DNA of 64,000 nt from an uncultured Candidatus Rokubacteria bacterium (GTDB taxonomy: Bacteria > Methylomirabilota > Methylomirabilia > Rokubacteriales > CSP1-6): assembly GCA_963762145.1 (NCBI GenBank), contig CAVXJS010000009.1, positions 544,001 to 608,000 on the forward strand, given 5' to 3'. The position numbers and the translations under genes are program-made. The notes below the pieces were generated by a model. That model was not told the DNA's origin, did no database searches, and saw nothing but the letters and a program-made list of their open reading frames with translations. Shown here piece after piece: positions 1 through 8,100 of the stretch (its first letter is position 1; every line of letters begins with the position of its first letter).

Positions 1-1813
1 CCAGTTCTCGATCCGCGGCTCGGGCCTGCGCAACAACTTCCACCTGCGCGGCATCAACGTGCTGATCGACGGCTTCCCCTACGGCAACGCCGACGGCTTC
101 AGCGACTTCGAGTCGCTCGAGCTCCTGACCACCAAGTACATCGAGGTCTTCAAGGGCGCCAACGCGCTCCGCTTCGGCGGCAACACCCTGGGCGGCGCCA
201 TCAACCTCGTCACCAAGACCGGCTACGACGCCGGCCTCATCGAGAGCCGCGTCGAGGGCGGCTCCTACGGCTTCTTCAAGGGCTACGTCGCCACCGGCCA
301 GGTGTACGGCCCGCTCGACCTCTACGCGAGCTTCAGCGACACGGAGCTGCAGGGCTACCGGGAGCTACAGCCAGCAGACGCGCTACCGGGCCTTCGGCAC
401 CGCCGGCTACCAGCTCTCCGGCGGGAGCCACGCTCCGCTTCGACCTCGGCTACGTGCACAACAAGGAGCAGCTCCCCGGCGCGCTCACCCCGGAGCAGTT
501 CCGGCAGAACCCCCAGCAGCAGAACCCGGCGACCAAGCTTCGCCAAGGAGGCGCGCAACTACGACTACACCCGCGGCGCGCTCACGCTTCCGCACGCCGC
601 TCGGCGAGAACCAGGCCTTCGAGTGGGCGACCCAGCTCAACTACCAGGACCTGGACCACCCGCTCTCCTTCGCGGTCATCGACGAGACGACCTACAGCTA
701 CAGCACCGAGCTGCGCTACCTGCGGTCGGCGCCGCTCTTCGGCCGCGGCAACCGCTTCACCGCGGGCTTCCAGTTCTTCGGCACCAGCCAGACCGACGCC
801 CAGTTCCAGAACGTCAACGGCAACCGCGGCTCCATGGTCAAGAACCAGGTACAACGACGCGCAACACCTACGGGATGTACGCCGAGAACCAGCACGACGT
901 CGTGCCCACCGTGGCGCTCGTGACCGGCGGGCGGCTGCAGGTCACCGACGATCGCGGTGCGCGACCAGCTACCTGGTCAACGGCAACCAGTCGGACTCGA
1001 CCGGCTTCTTCGGGGCCTCGCCCAAGGTCGGCTTCGTCTGGCGCGCCGCGCCCACCGTGCAGGTCTTCGGCAACGCCAGCCGCGCCTACGAGCCGCCCCT
1101 GCTGCTCGAGCTGACCGCGCCCGGGCAGATCGGGGGCGATCTCTCGCAGCTCGACGCCCAGACGTCCTGGCAGTTCGAGGTCGGCACGCGCGGCCAGTGG
1201 GGGGAGCGGCTCAGCTGGGACTCTCGGTCTACGACATCGAGCTGTGGGACGAGATCCAGAACGTCAACGTCCAGCCCTTCCCCGGCGCCCCGTTCACCAT
1301 CCCCCGCTTCCAGAACATCGACCGCTCGCGCCACACCGGCATCGAGGTGGGCGCCGATCTGCTGCTCGTGAAGGACATCGCGGCCGCGCCTCGGGCTCGG
1401 CCGCCTGGGCGACACCCTCCGGGCGCGCGTGGCCTACACGTGGTCGCGCTTCGTCTTCGTCGACGATCCGGTGTTCAACGACAACGACCTGCCCGGAGCG
1501 CCCGAGCACTTCATCAACACCGAGCTGCGCTACAGCCACAACTCGGGCTTCTGGATCGCGCCGGGCGTCGAGATCGTCCCGCGCGGCTACTTCGTCGACA
1601 GCGCCAACACCACGCGCACGCCGTCCTATACACTGGTCAACGTCAAGATGGGCTTCGACTACAAGCCGTGGAACCTCGGCGTCTTCTTCGAGGGACGGAA
1701 CCTCACCGACAAGAGCTTCGTCTCGGCGGTGGCGGTGGACGACGCCAACCGGAACTACTTCTATCCCGGGCGACGGGCGAGGCTTCTACGGCTCGGTCGC
1801 ATGGAGGTGGTAG
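1..1813 (+). CDS. TonB-dependent outer membrane receptor (5' truncated by window edge; several frameshifts)
   Basis: Plug motif IEVFKGANALRFGGNTLGGAINLVTK, barrel segments (GASPKVGFVW, FEVGTRG, EGRNLTDK) spread over three frames, C-terminal GRGFYGSVAWRW with TAG at 1811-1813. Confidence 0.9.
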
Positions 1814-1815
1814 CG

Positions 1816-3037
1816 ATGCGCGGACGATTGCTCCCCATCCTGGCGCTGCTGGCGGTGGCCGCCCCCGCCCCCGCGGCCGAGCTCGACCTCGGCCCGCGGC
1901 TCGAGTACAAGCACGTCAGCCGCGGACACGAGTTCCATCTCTCCGGCGCGGCGGTGGCGGCGGGGACGGACGGCAAGCCGCTCGTGACCTGGGCCGCCCA
2001 GGAGGGCCACGCCAACCAGCTCTATCTCCTCCGGATGGGCGACGGGGCCACACCGGTCCGGGTGAACCCGGAGGCGCTCACCGTCGAGGCCCTCCATCAT
2101 CCGCCCCGGCTGGCGGTCGGGGGCGGGCAGGTCTACGTCTCCTGGTCGTCCGGAAAGCCCAAGCCCGAGGGCACGCTCTTCGCCTCCGACCTGCAGCTCT
2201 CCCGATCGGGCGACGGCGGGCGGACCTTCGGAAACCCGCTGCGCGTGAACGAGGACCGGCCGATCTCCCACTCGTTCGACGGTCTCGCCCTCGCGGCCGA
2301 CGGCACCGTCGTGCTGACCTGGATCGACGGGCACGAGGGGCGCAAGGATCCCGCCACCTGGGTCGCGCGCGTCGTCGAGCAGGGCACGCGCGTGGAGGGC
2401 ATCCGCAAGGTCGGCGACGATACCTGCGTGTGCTGCCGCGTGGACGCGGCCACCGGCGCCGGCGACACGGTGGCGCTCACCTGGCGGCGGGTCTTCCCGG
2501 GCGACATCCGCGACATGGTCCTGTCCGTCTCGCGCGATGGCGGGCGCACCTTCGGCGACGCCAAGCTGGTGAGCGCCGATCACTGGAAGATCAACGCCTG
2601 CCCCCACCGCGGCGGCGCGGTGGGCCTGGACGCGAAGGGCCGCGTGTACATGAGCTGGTACACGGAGGGCAGCGACATCCGGCCCGACCTGAAGTTCGCC
2701 ATCTCGATGGACGGGCAGCGCTTCGGGCCGCGCCAAGCGCCTGCACACGTCGGCCACCTCCATTCCCGATCAGGCGCGCATGGCGGTGGACCCGGCGGGC
2801 CGCGCGGTGATCGTGTGGGAGGAGTCCACCGCGGTGCGCCGCCGCATCCTGCTGCGCTACACCCTCGACGCGGGACGGACCTTGAGCCCGATCCGCGTGC
2901 TGTCCACCGCCATCAAGGCCTATGCCCCCGACATCGCCTTCGCGCCCGACGGCGGGTTCCTGGTCGCGTGGCACGAGGAGCAGTTTCCCTTCCTCAAGAC
3001 GGTCGTGCAGCCGGTCCGCCTCCCGAGCGCCCGATGA
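1816..3037 (+). CDS. Secreted BNR/Asp-box (sialidase-like beta-propeller) protein with CVCC and CPHRG motifs; frameshift near 2730
   Basis: Signal peptide MRGRLLPILALLAVAAPAPA; Asp-boxes SGDGGRTF, SRDGGRTF, TLDAGRTL; C-terminal part in ORF 2780..3037. Confidence 0.8.
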
Positions 3038-3417
3038 AGCTCGCGGTCCTGGCCGTCCTGGGTATGATCGGGGCATGCCTGGCGGGGCTTCCCGACGCGC
3101 ACGCGCACGCCATCATCCTGGAGTCCGCCCCGCGCCACACCGAATCGCTGGCGAGCCCGAAGCGCCTCGTGCTGCGCTTCAACAGCCGCCTCGAGAAGCC
3201 GCTCTGCTCGGTGCAGCTCATCGGACCGCGCCAGAAGACCATCGCCCTGCTGCGCCAGGAGCCGGATTCCCCGGCCGACACCCTCGCGTACACCCTGCCC
3301 CCGCTCGATCCGGGCGCCTACCAGGCGCGCTGGAAGGTCATGGCCGCCGACGGCCACGTGACGGAGGGCATCGTGCTCTTCACGGTTGCCGGGCCGGAGC
3401 CGACCGGGCCCCGGTGA
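3034..3417 (+). CDS. copC: CopC family periplasmic copper-binding protein
   Basis: ATGA overlap with upstream gene; signal peptide then mature N-terminal His (AHA-HAIILESAP) and WKVMAADGH motif. Confidence 0.9.
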   Translation: MKLAVLAVLGMIGACLAGLPDAHAHAIILESAPRHTESLASPKRLVLRFNSRLEKPLCSVQLIGPRQKTIALLRQEPDSPADTLAYTLPPLDPGAYQARWKVMAADGHVTEGIVLFTVAGPEPTGPR

Positions 3418-3430
3418 GGTGGCGCGCCCC

Positions 3431-3820
3431 ATGACCCGCGCGAGCCGGTGGCGGGGTGGGGCGCTGGCGGTCGCGTGGCTCGCCGCGCTCGCCTGCCCCG
3501 CGCCTCCCGCGGCCGCCCACGCCTCGCTCGTGCGGTCGACGCCCGCGCACCGCGCGGTGCTGGGCCAGATGCCGGAGCGCGTGCAGCTCTGGTTCAACGA
3601 GCGCCTCGAGCCCGCCTACAGCACGGTGTCGGTGTGGAACGAGGCGGGCGCGCAGGTGGACGCGCGCGACGTGGCGGTGGGCCCGGACGATCCGCGGCGG
3701 CTCTCGGTCACGGTGGAGGCGCGCCAGTCCGGCCTCTACACCGTCAAGTACCGCGTCCTCTCGGTGGACGGCCATATCGTCGACAGCCGCTTCTCGTTCA
3801 CGGTGAAAGCGTCACAGTGA
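3431..3820 (+). CDS. copC: CopC family periplasmic copper-binding protein (second copy)
   Basis: AAA-HASLVRSTP, LWFNERLE, YRVLSVDGH motifs. Confidence 0.9.
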   Translation: MTRASRWRGGALAVAWLAALACPAPPAAAHASLVRSTPAHRAVLGQMPERVQLWFNERLEPAYSTVSVWNEAGAQVDARDVAVGPDDPRRLSVTVEARQSGLYTVKYRVLSVDGHIVDSRFSFTVKASQ

Positions 3821-3832
3821 AAGGACCCGCTC

Positions 3833-4387
3833 ATGACTCGACTCGATAGCCGGATGCGCTCGTTTCTTGTGATCGCGGTCGCCGCCGCCGCGGTGGGCCT
3901 GGGCGCCGCCGCGGGCTGGGAGGCGGTGCGCGCCCAGGGCCACTCCCACGGCCACACCCACGGCGCGGCGGACCCGGGCGGCTGGTACAAGCGCCTGTCG
4001 GCGGACGCCCGCGCCGCCGCCATCGAGCGGCAGTTCGGCGGGTTCGAGACCGCGATGGCCGAGGTGTCCTACCGCTACATCGAGATGTACTTCGGCGCGC
4101 TCGACGGCAACTGGGACTACGCCGGCCACATGGGAGCCACGCTGGCGACCGCGCTCGCCAGCGGACTCGAGCGGCGGCCGGCCCTCCGGAAGAACGCGGA
4201 CGCGCTGTTCCTCAAGGGGCCGTATCCGCAGGTGATGGACGCGATCAAGGCGAAGGACCTCGCCCTGTTCAAGCAGCGGTTCGAGACGATGCGCGCGGCG
4301 TGCACCGCCTGCCACGCGGCGGAGCAGCACGCGTTCATCAAGATCGGCGTGCCCACCGTGCGGCGGAACCCGGTGGTGGCCAACTAG
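3833..4387 (+). CDS. Exported single-heme c-type cytochrome (cytochrome c'-like layout) with N-terminal His-rich tag
   Basis: Hydrophobic N-terminus, HSHGHTH, single C-terminal CTACH heme motif. Confidence 0.7.
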   Translation: MTRLDSRMRSFLVIAVAAAAVGLGAAAGWEAVRAQGHSHGHTHGAADPGGWYKRLSADARAAAIERQFGGFETAMAEVSYRYIEMYFGALDGNWDYAGHMGATLATALASGLERRPALRKNADALFLKGPYPQVMDAIKAKDLALFKQRFETMRAACTACHAAEQHAFIKIGVPTVRRNPVVAN

Positions 4388-4410
4388 CGTCGCCCCTCCC
4401 GGTTGGACCA

Positions 4411-4445
4411 CCCCTCACCCTGCCCTCTCCCCTGAGGGGAGAGGG
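4411..4445 (+). repeat. REP-like palindromic repeat, family A
   Basis: CCCCTCACCCTGCCCTCTCCCC-TGA-GGGGAGAGGG; similar copies at 8004, 8050 (inverted), 29881, 36467; lies between convergent genes. Confidence 0.85.
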
Positions 4446-4469
4446 AGGGGAGGAGGCGCAGGGCGCGCC

Positions 4470-5663
4470 TTAATACCGGTCGGGGAACTGGGTGACGATG
4501 GCCTCGGCCAGCGGGTCCGCGATCATCTGCATGTGACCCGCGCCGGCGCGCACGGCCGTGTAGGCGCGGCCCTGGTCCTTGGCCGCCTGGGCGTCGATCA
4601 CGTTCTTGAGCGTCACCACGTGGTGCTTGACCAGCTCGGCCACGACCGTCTTCGGCAGGCCCGGATTGGCCGCCGACAGGAAGGCGCCGAAGTCCTGCGT
4701 GTAGCCGATCAGCTCGGTCACCGCCCGGTCCTGCTTGGCGCGGTCACCGGCGGCCGCGCCGACCGTGTAATCCACCACCATGCCGATGTGACGGCGCCAG
4801 AGCGGCAGGAATGCCTGCTCGGCCTCCACGCCGTAGACGGAGCCGATGGCCTTCGAGATCGCGACGGAGTTGGCGTCCAGCGCGCCGGCCGCCGCCTTGA
4901 ACTCCGCGTCCCGGCCGCCCAGCGCCGCGTTCGTGGCGGCGGACGCCAGGTAGACGTGCTCGCGCAGCGCCAGGTTGAGCGCGGTCCGCAGCGACGCGGC
5001 CGACGCGTCGGGCGCGCCCGCGATCTTGTCCGGGAACTGCTTGACGATGGCGCCCGCCAGCGGATCCGCGATCATCTGCATGTGTCCGGCGCCGGTCCGC
5101 AGCGCGGTGAACGCGCGGTCCTGGTCCCGCGCGCTCTGCGCGTCGATCACCGCCTTGAGCGTGAGCACGTGGTGCTTCACGAGATCCGCCACGACGGCCT
5201 TGGGCAGGTTCGGATTCGCTCCGGCGAGGAAGGCCCCGAAGTCCTGCGTGTAGCCCACCAGATCGCTCACCGCCCGATCCTGCTTCGCGCGGTCGCTCGT
5301 CGCCGCGCCCGCCGTGTAGTCCACCACCATGCCGATGTGCTTGCGCCAGAGGGGCAGGAACGCCTTCTCCGCGTCGGGCCCGTACACGGAGCCGATCGCC
5401 CGCGCCACGTCCACCGAGTTGGCGTCGAGCGCCGCGGCGGCGGCCTCGAACTCGGCCTGACGGCCCGCGAGGGCCGCGTTGGTGGCCGCGGCGGCCAGGT
5501 AGACGTGCTCGCCCAGGAGCGCGTTCAGCCCCACGCGGAGGGCCGCGGCGGGCGTGGCGGACGTGGGCGGGTTGAGCCGCGCCGCCCAGACGTCGCCGCC
5601 GCCCATCGCGGTGACCGCGAGCACTGCGAAGCCTCCGATCAGTCGAATCATCGTGCGTTTCAT
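4470..5663 (-). CDS. Secreted protein of two near-identical ~183-aa helical His/Met-containing repeats, function unknown
   Basis: Signal peptide MKRTMIRLIGGFAVLAVTAM; 549-nt internal period; each repeat has EHVYLA, LWRxHIGM, VKHHV, GHMQM. Confidence 0.8.
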   Translation of the reverse strand: MKRTMIRLIGGFAVLAVTAMGGGDVWAARLNPPTSATPAAALRVGLNALLGEHVYLAAAATNAALAGRQAEFEAAAAALDANSVDVARAIGSVYGPDAEKAFLPLWRKHIGMVVDYTAGAATSDRAKQDRAVSDLVGYTQDFGAFLAGANPNLPKAVVADLVKHHVLTLKAVIDAQSARDQDRAFTALRTGAGHMQMIADPLAGAIVKQFPDKIAGAPDASAASLRTALNLALREHVYLASAATNAALGGRDAEFKAAAGALDANSVAISKAIGSVYGVEAEQAFLPLWRRHIGMVVDYTVGAAAGDRAKQDRAVTELIGYTQDFGAFLSAANPGLPKTVVAELVKHHVVTLKNVIDAQAAKDQGRAYTAVRAGAGHMQMIADPLAEAIVTQFPDRY

Positions 5664-5692
5664 GGCTGTCTCCTTTTCGTGGCTGGGAACGT

Positions 5693-6037
5693 TCACTTCA
5701 CGCGGATCTCGCCGCGCATCGACTGGTGGCGACGGCAGAAGTACGGGTACGCCCCGGGCTCTCCGAGCTGCACGGTGGCGGCGGCGCCCTTGCCGTCGAG
5801 GCGCGCGTCGAAGCGTCCGTCGGGCTGCTCCGGCGTGCCGGAGGTGACGGTGTGGGCGATGTCGTCCTGGTTGGTGAAGCCAACCCGGGCGCCCGCCTTG
5901 ACCTCGATCTGGCCCGGCTTGAACTGGAAGAGCTGGACGCTCACTCCCGATTGCGAGCTGCCCGGCGCGGCCAGGCCGAGGATCACCCCGCCGATCACCA
6001 GGGCCGTCACCATCTTCCGGATTCGCTGCGTCCGCAT
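5693..6037 (-). CDS. Cupredoxin (plastocyanin/amicyanin-like type 1 copper protein)
   Basis: NQDDIAHTVT and YFCRRHQSMRG (His...Cys-x2-His-x2-Met); AGGAGG RBS upstream. Confidence 0.9.
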   Translation of the reverse strand: MRTQRIRKMVTALVIGGVILGLAAPGSSQSGVSVQLFQFKPGQIEVKAGARVGFTNQDDIAHTVTSGTPEQPDGRFDARLDGKGAAATVQLGEPGAYPYFCRRHQSMRGEIRVK

Positions 6038-6057
6038 CGTGGCCTCCTGCTCACGTC

Positions 6058-6082
6058 TACGCCGGCGCCGGACGTTTGGATT
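6058..6082 (-). promoter_or_regulatory. Putative ECF sigma promoter ATCC-N16-CGTA for the cupredoxin operon
   Basis: Minus strand AATCC aaacgtccggcgccgg CGTA, about 20 nt above the ATG; same motif and spacing at 6799-6823. Confidence 0.6.
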
Positions 6083-6100
6083 GCGCGGGCGAGCGGGATG

Positions 6101-6140
6101 AAAAACGAACGGCGGCACGGGCGCTTGGGCCCGTGCCGCC
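6101..6140 (-). terminator. Intrinsic terminator after the fasciclin gene
   Basis: Perfect 12-bp stem GGCGGCACGGGC/GCCCGTGCCGCC followed on the minus strand by GTTCGTTTTT. Confidence 0.75.
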
Positions 6141-6164
6141 GGGGGACGTGACGGCGCGCGGGGG

Positions 6165-6719
6165 CTAGTTGGGCAGCACCACGCGGTCGATCACGTGGAT
6201 CACGCCGTTGGACTGGTAGACGTCGTAGGTCGAGATGCTGGCCACCGCGCCCTTCTCATCCTTGAGCACGATGTTCCGGTCGCCGTTCATCATGGCCCAG
6301 AGCATGCCGCCGCTCGCGGTCCGGAGCGTGGCGGTGCCGTTGCCGGCCTTGATGGCCTTCTGCAGCGCGGCGGCGTCCATCTTGCCGGGCACCACGTGAT
6401 AGGTCAGCACCTTCGCGAGGCCCGCCTTGTTCTCGGGCTTGAGCAGGGTGTCGACCGTGCCCGCGGGCAGCGCCGAGAACGCGGCGTTGGTGGGGGCGAA
6501 GACCGTGAACGGCCCCTGGCTCTTGAGGGTGTCCACCAGGCCGGCCGCCTTGACCGCGGCCACGAGCGTGGTGTGGTCCGCCGAGTTGACGGCGTTGTCC
6601 ACGATGTCCTTGCTCGGGTACATCGCCTGGCCCCCCACCATCGGCTCGCTCTTGGCGAGCGCGGCGGCGGGCAGGACGGCCAGCGCGCTGAGCAGCACGA
6701 ACGCGATTGTCCGCTTCAT
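6165..6719 (-). CDS. Fasciclin (FAS1) domain secreted protein, MPT70/Nex18-like
   Basis: TTLVAAVKAAGLVDTL, GPFTVFAPTNAAF, LTYHVV, NGVIHVIDRV; signal peptide. Confidence 0.95.
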   Translation of the reverse strand: MKRTIAFVLLSALAVLPAAALAKSEPMVGGQAMYPSKDIVDNAVNSADHTTLVAAVKAAGLVDTLKSQGPFTVFAPTNAAFSALPAGTVDTLLKPENKAGLAKVLTYHVVPGKMDAAALQKAIKAGNGTATLRTASGGMLWAMMNGDRNIVLKDEKGAVASISTYDVYQSNGVIHVIDRVVLPN

Positions 6720-6798
6720 ATCGTCCCATCCTTTCCGGCTAGGGTTGCCCGGGATGGAGGGGGCGACGGGCGCCCCGCTCTCCGGGTTCACCCTGAAG

Positions 6799-6823
6799 TA
6801 CGGCCGGGAGACCCCGGCGGATC
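6799..6823 (-). promoter_or_regulatory. Putative ECF sigma promoter ATCC-N16-CGTA for the fasciclin gene
   Basis: Minus strand GATCC gccggggtctcccggc CGTA. Confidence 0.6.
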
Positions 6824-6836
6824 TACGGGGAGGGAT

Positions 6837-7334
6837 CTAGGTGGAGCGGTAGTTCGTGAACTGGAGCGCGATGCCGAGGTCCTTGCCCTTGAGCAGCGCG
6901 ATGACCGCCTGCAGGTCGTCGCGGTTCTTGCCCGCGACGCGCACCTGCTTCTCCTGGATGGAGGCCTGGACTCGGATCTTGGAGTCCTTGATCAGGCGCA
7001 CGATCTCCTTGGCCTTCTCCATCGGCACCCCGTCCTGCAGCGTGATCTTCTGGCGCACCAGCCCGCCGCCCGCCGGCTCCGGGTCGTTGATGGTGAGGGC
7101 CTTGAGGTCGATGCCGCGGCGGTGGAGCTTGGACTGCAGGATGTCCAGCACCGCCTTGACCTTCATGTCGTCGGTGGAAGAGATCGTGATGTCCATCTTC
7201 TCGATCTCGATCTCGTTCTTCGCGCCCTTGAGATCGTAGCGGGTCGCGATGTCGCGGCGGGCCTGATCGATCGCGTTGGTGACCTCCTGCATGTCGATCT
7301 TGCAGGCGACGTCGAAGCTGTTCTCGGCGGCCAT
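6837..7334 (-). CDS. yajQ: YajQ family cyclic di-GMP/nucleotide-binding protein
   Basis: SFDVACKIDMQEVTNAIDQA, RYDLKG, VRVAGKNRDDLQ, LQFTNYR. Confidence 0.95.
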   Translation of the reverse strand: MAAENSFDVACKIDMQEVTNAIDQARRDIATRYDLKGAKNEIEIEKMDITISSTDDMKVKAVLDILQSKLHRRGIDLKALTINDPEPAGGGLVRQKITLQDGVPMEKAKEIVRLIKDSKIRVQASIQEKQVRVAGKNRDDLQAVIALLKGKDLGIALQFTNYRST

Positions 7335-7348
7335 GGCGAGGTCCTCGG

Positions 7349-8000
7349 CTAGCGCGGGTCGAGCGGCACCACCGCCGCGTCCTTCGGCGGCGTGAAGACG
7401 AAGAGCGTGTCGCTGAGCCCCGGATTGATGGTGACCCGGTTGAAGGTCATGGTGACCGTGTTCTGGAACTGGTCGTAGAGCACCGCCTGGCGGACCACGT
7501 AGTCCTTCGGATCCACCGTGATCACCAGGCGCGTGAGGAGCGGGGTCGGCTGCTTGGGCGTGAGATCGAGCACCGGCCGGCCGGTGCCGTCGCGCGGGCT
7601 CGCCGGATTGAGGAAGCGCACCGCGAACTCCTCGCGCAGCTTGCCCAGGCCCGGAGAGGAAGCTGCCCGCGGGGCCCGCGAGGGCCTTGGGCGCATTGCC
7701 CTTGTTCACCTGGTTCAGCTCGGGCGTGTACACCCAGAGCGAGGTGCCGTCGGAGACGATCTGCTGCGGCGCCGGCGCCTTGTAGTCCCAGCGCATCTTG
7801 CCGCCCTTCTTGAGCAGCACGGTGCCCTCGGCCTTGATGTCCTGGCCGAGGCTCTGGTTGCGCGCGGTCTGGGTGAACTCGGCGCGAAGGTCCACGATCT
7901 TGCCGTAGGTGGCCTCGACGCCGTTCACCACCTCGTCGAGGGTCTGGGCCGTCGCGGAGAGCGGCACGAGGAGGAGGAAAACGAGAGCGAGGATGAACAC
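7349..8000 (-). CDS. lolA: Outer membrane lipoprotein carrier LolA (frameshift near 7655; start ambiguous, 8000 or 8100)
   Basis: AEFTQ, KKGGKMRWDY, IVSDGTSLWVYTPELNQV, FVFTPPKDA; follows ftsK as usual. Confidence 0.85.
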
Positions 8001-8003
8001 CGC

Positions 8004-8085
8004 CCCCTCACCCTGCCCTCTCCCCCTTCGGGGGCGAGGGTAGATGGCTCCCTCTCCCCTCTGGGGAGAGGGCCGGGCTGAGGGG
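8004..8085. repeat. Inverted doublet of family A REP-like repeats between ftsK and lolA
   Basis: Copy at 8004-8040 on + and copy at 8050-8085 on -, 9-nt spacer. Confidence 0.85.
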
Positions 8086-8100
8086 CGGGGTCGCGCGCAT

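Noticed and set aside
1429-3417. Apparent TonB receptor-BNR-CopC fusion ORF
   Set aside because: Produced by frameshifts near 1770 and 2730; each gene has its own start, signal peptide and stop
6837-8000. Apparent LolA-YajQ fusion
   Set aside because: Frameshift near 7655; the LolA C-terminus ends at 7349 in another frame and yajQ has its own RBS and ATG
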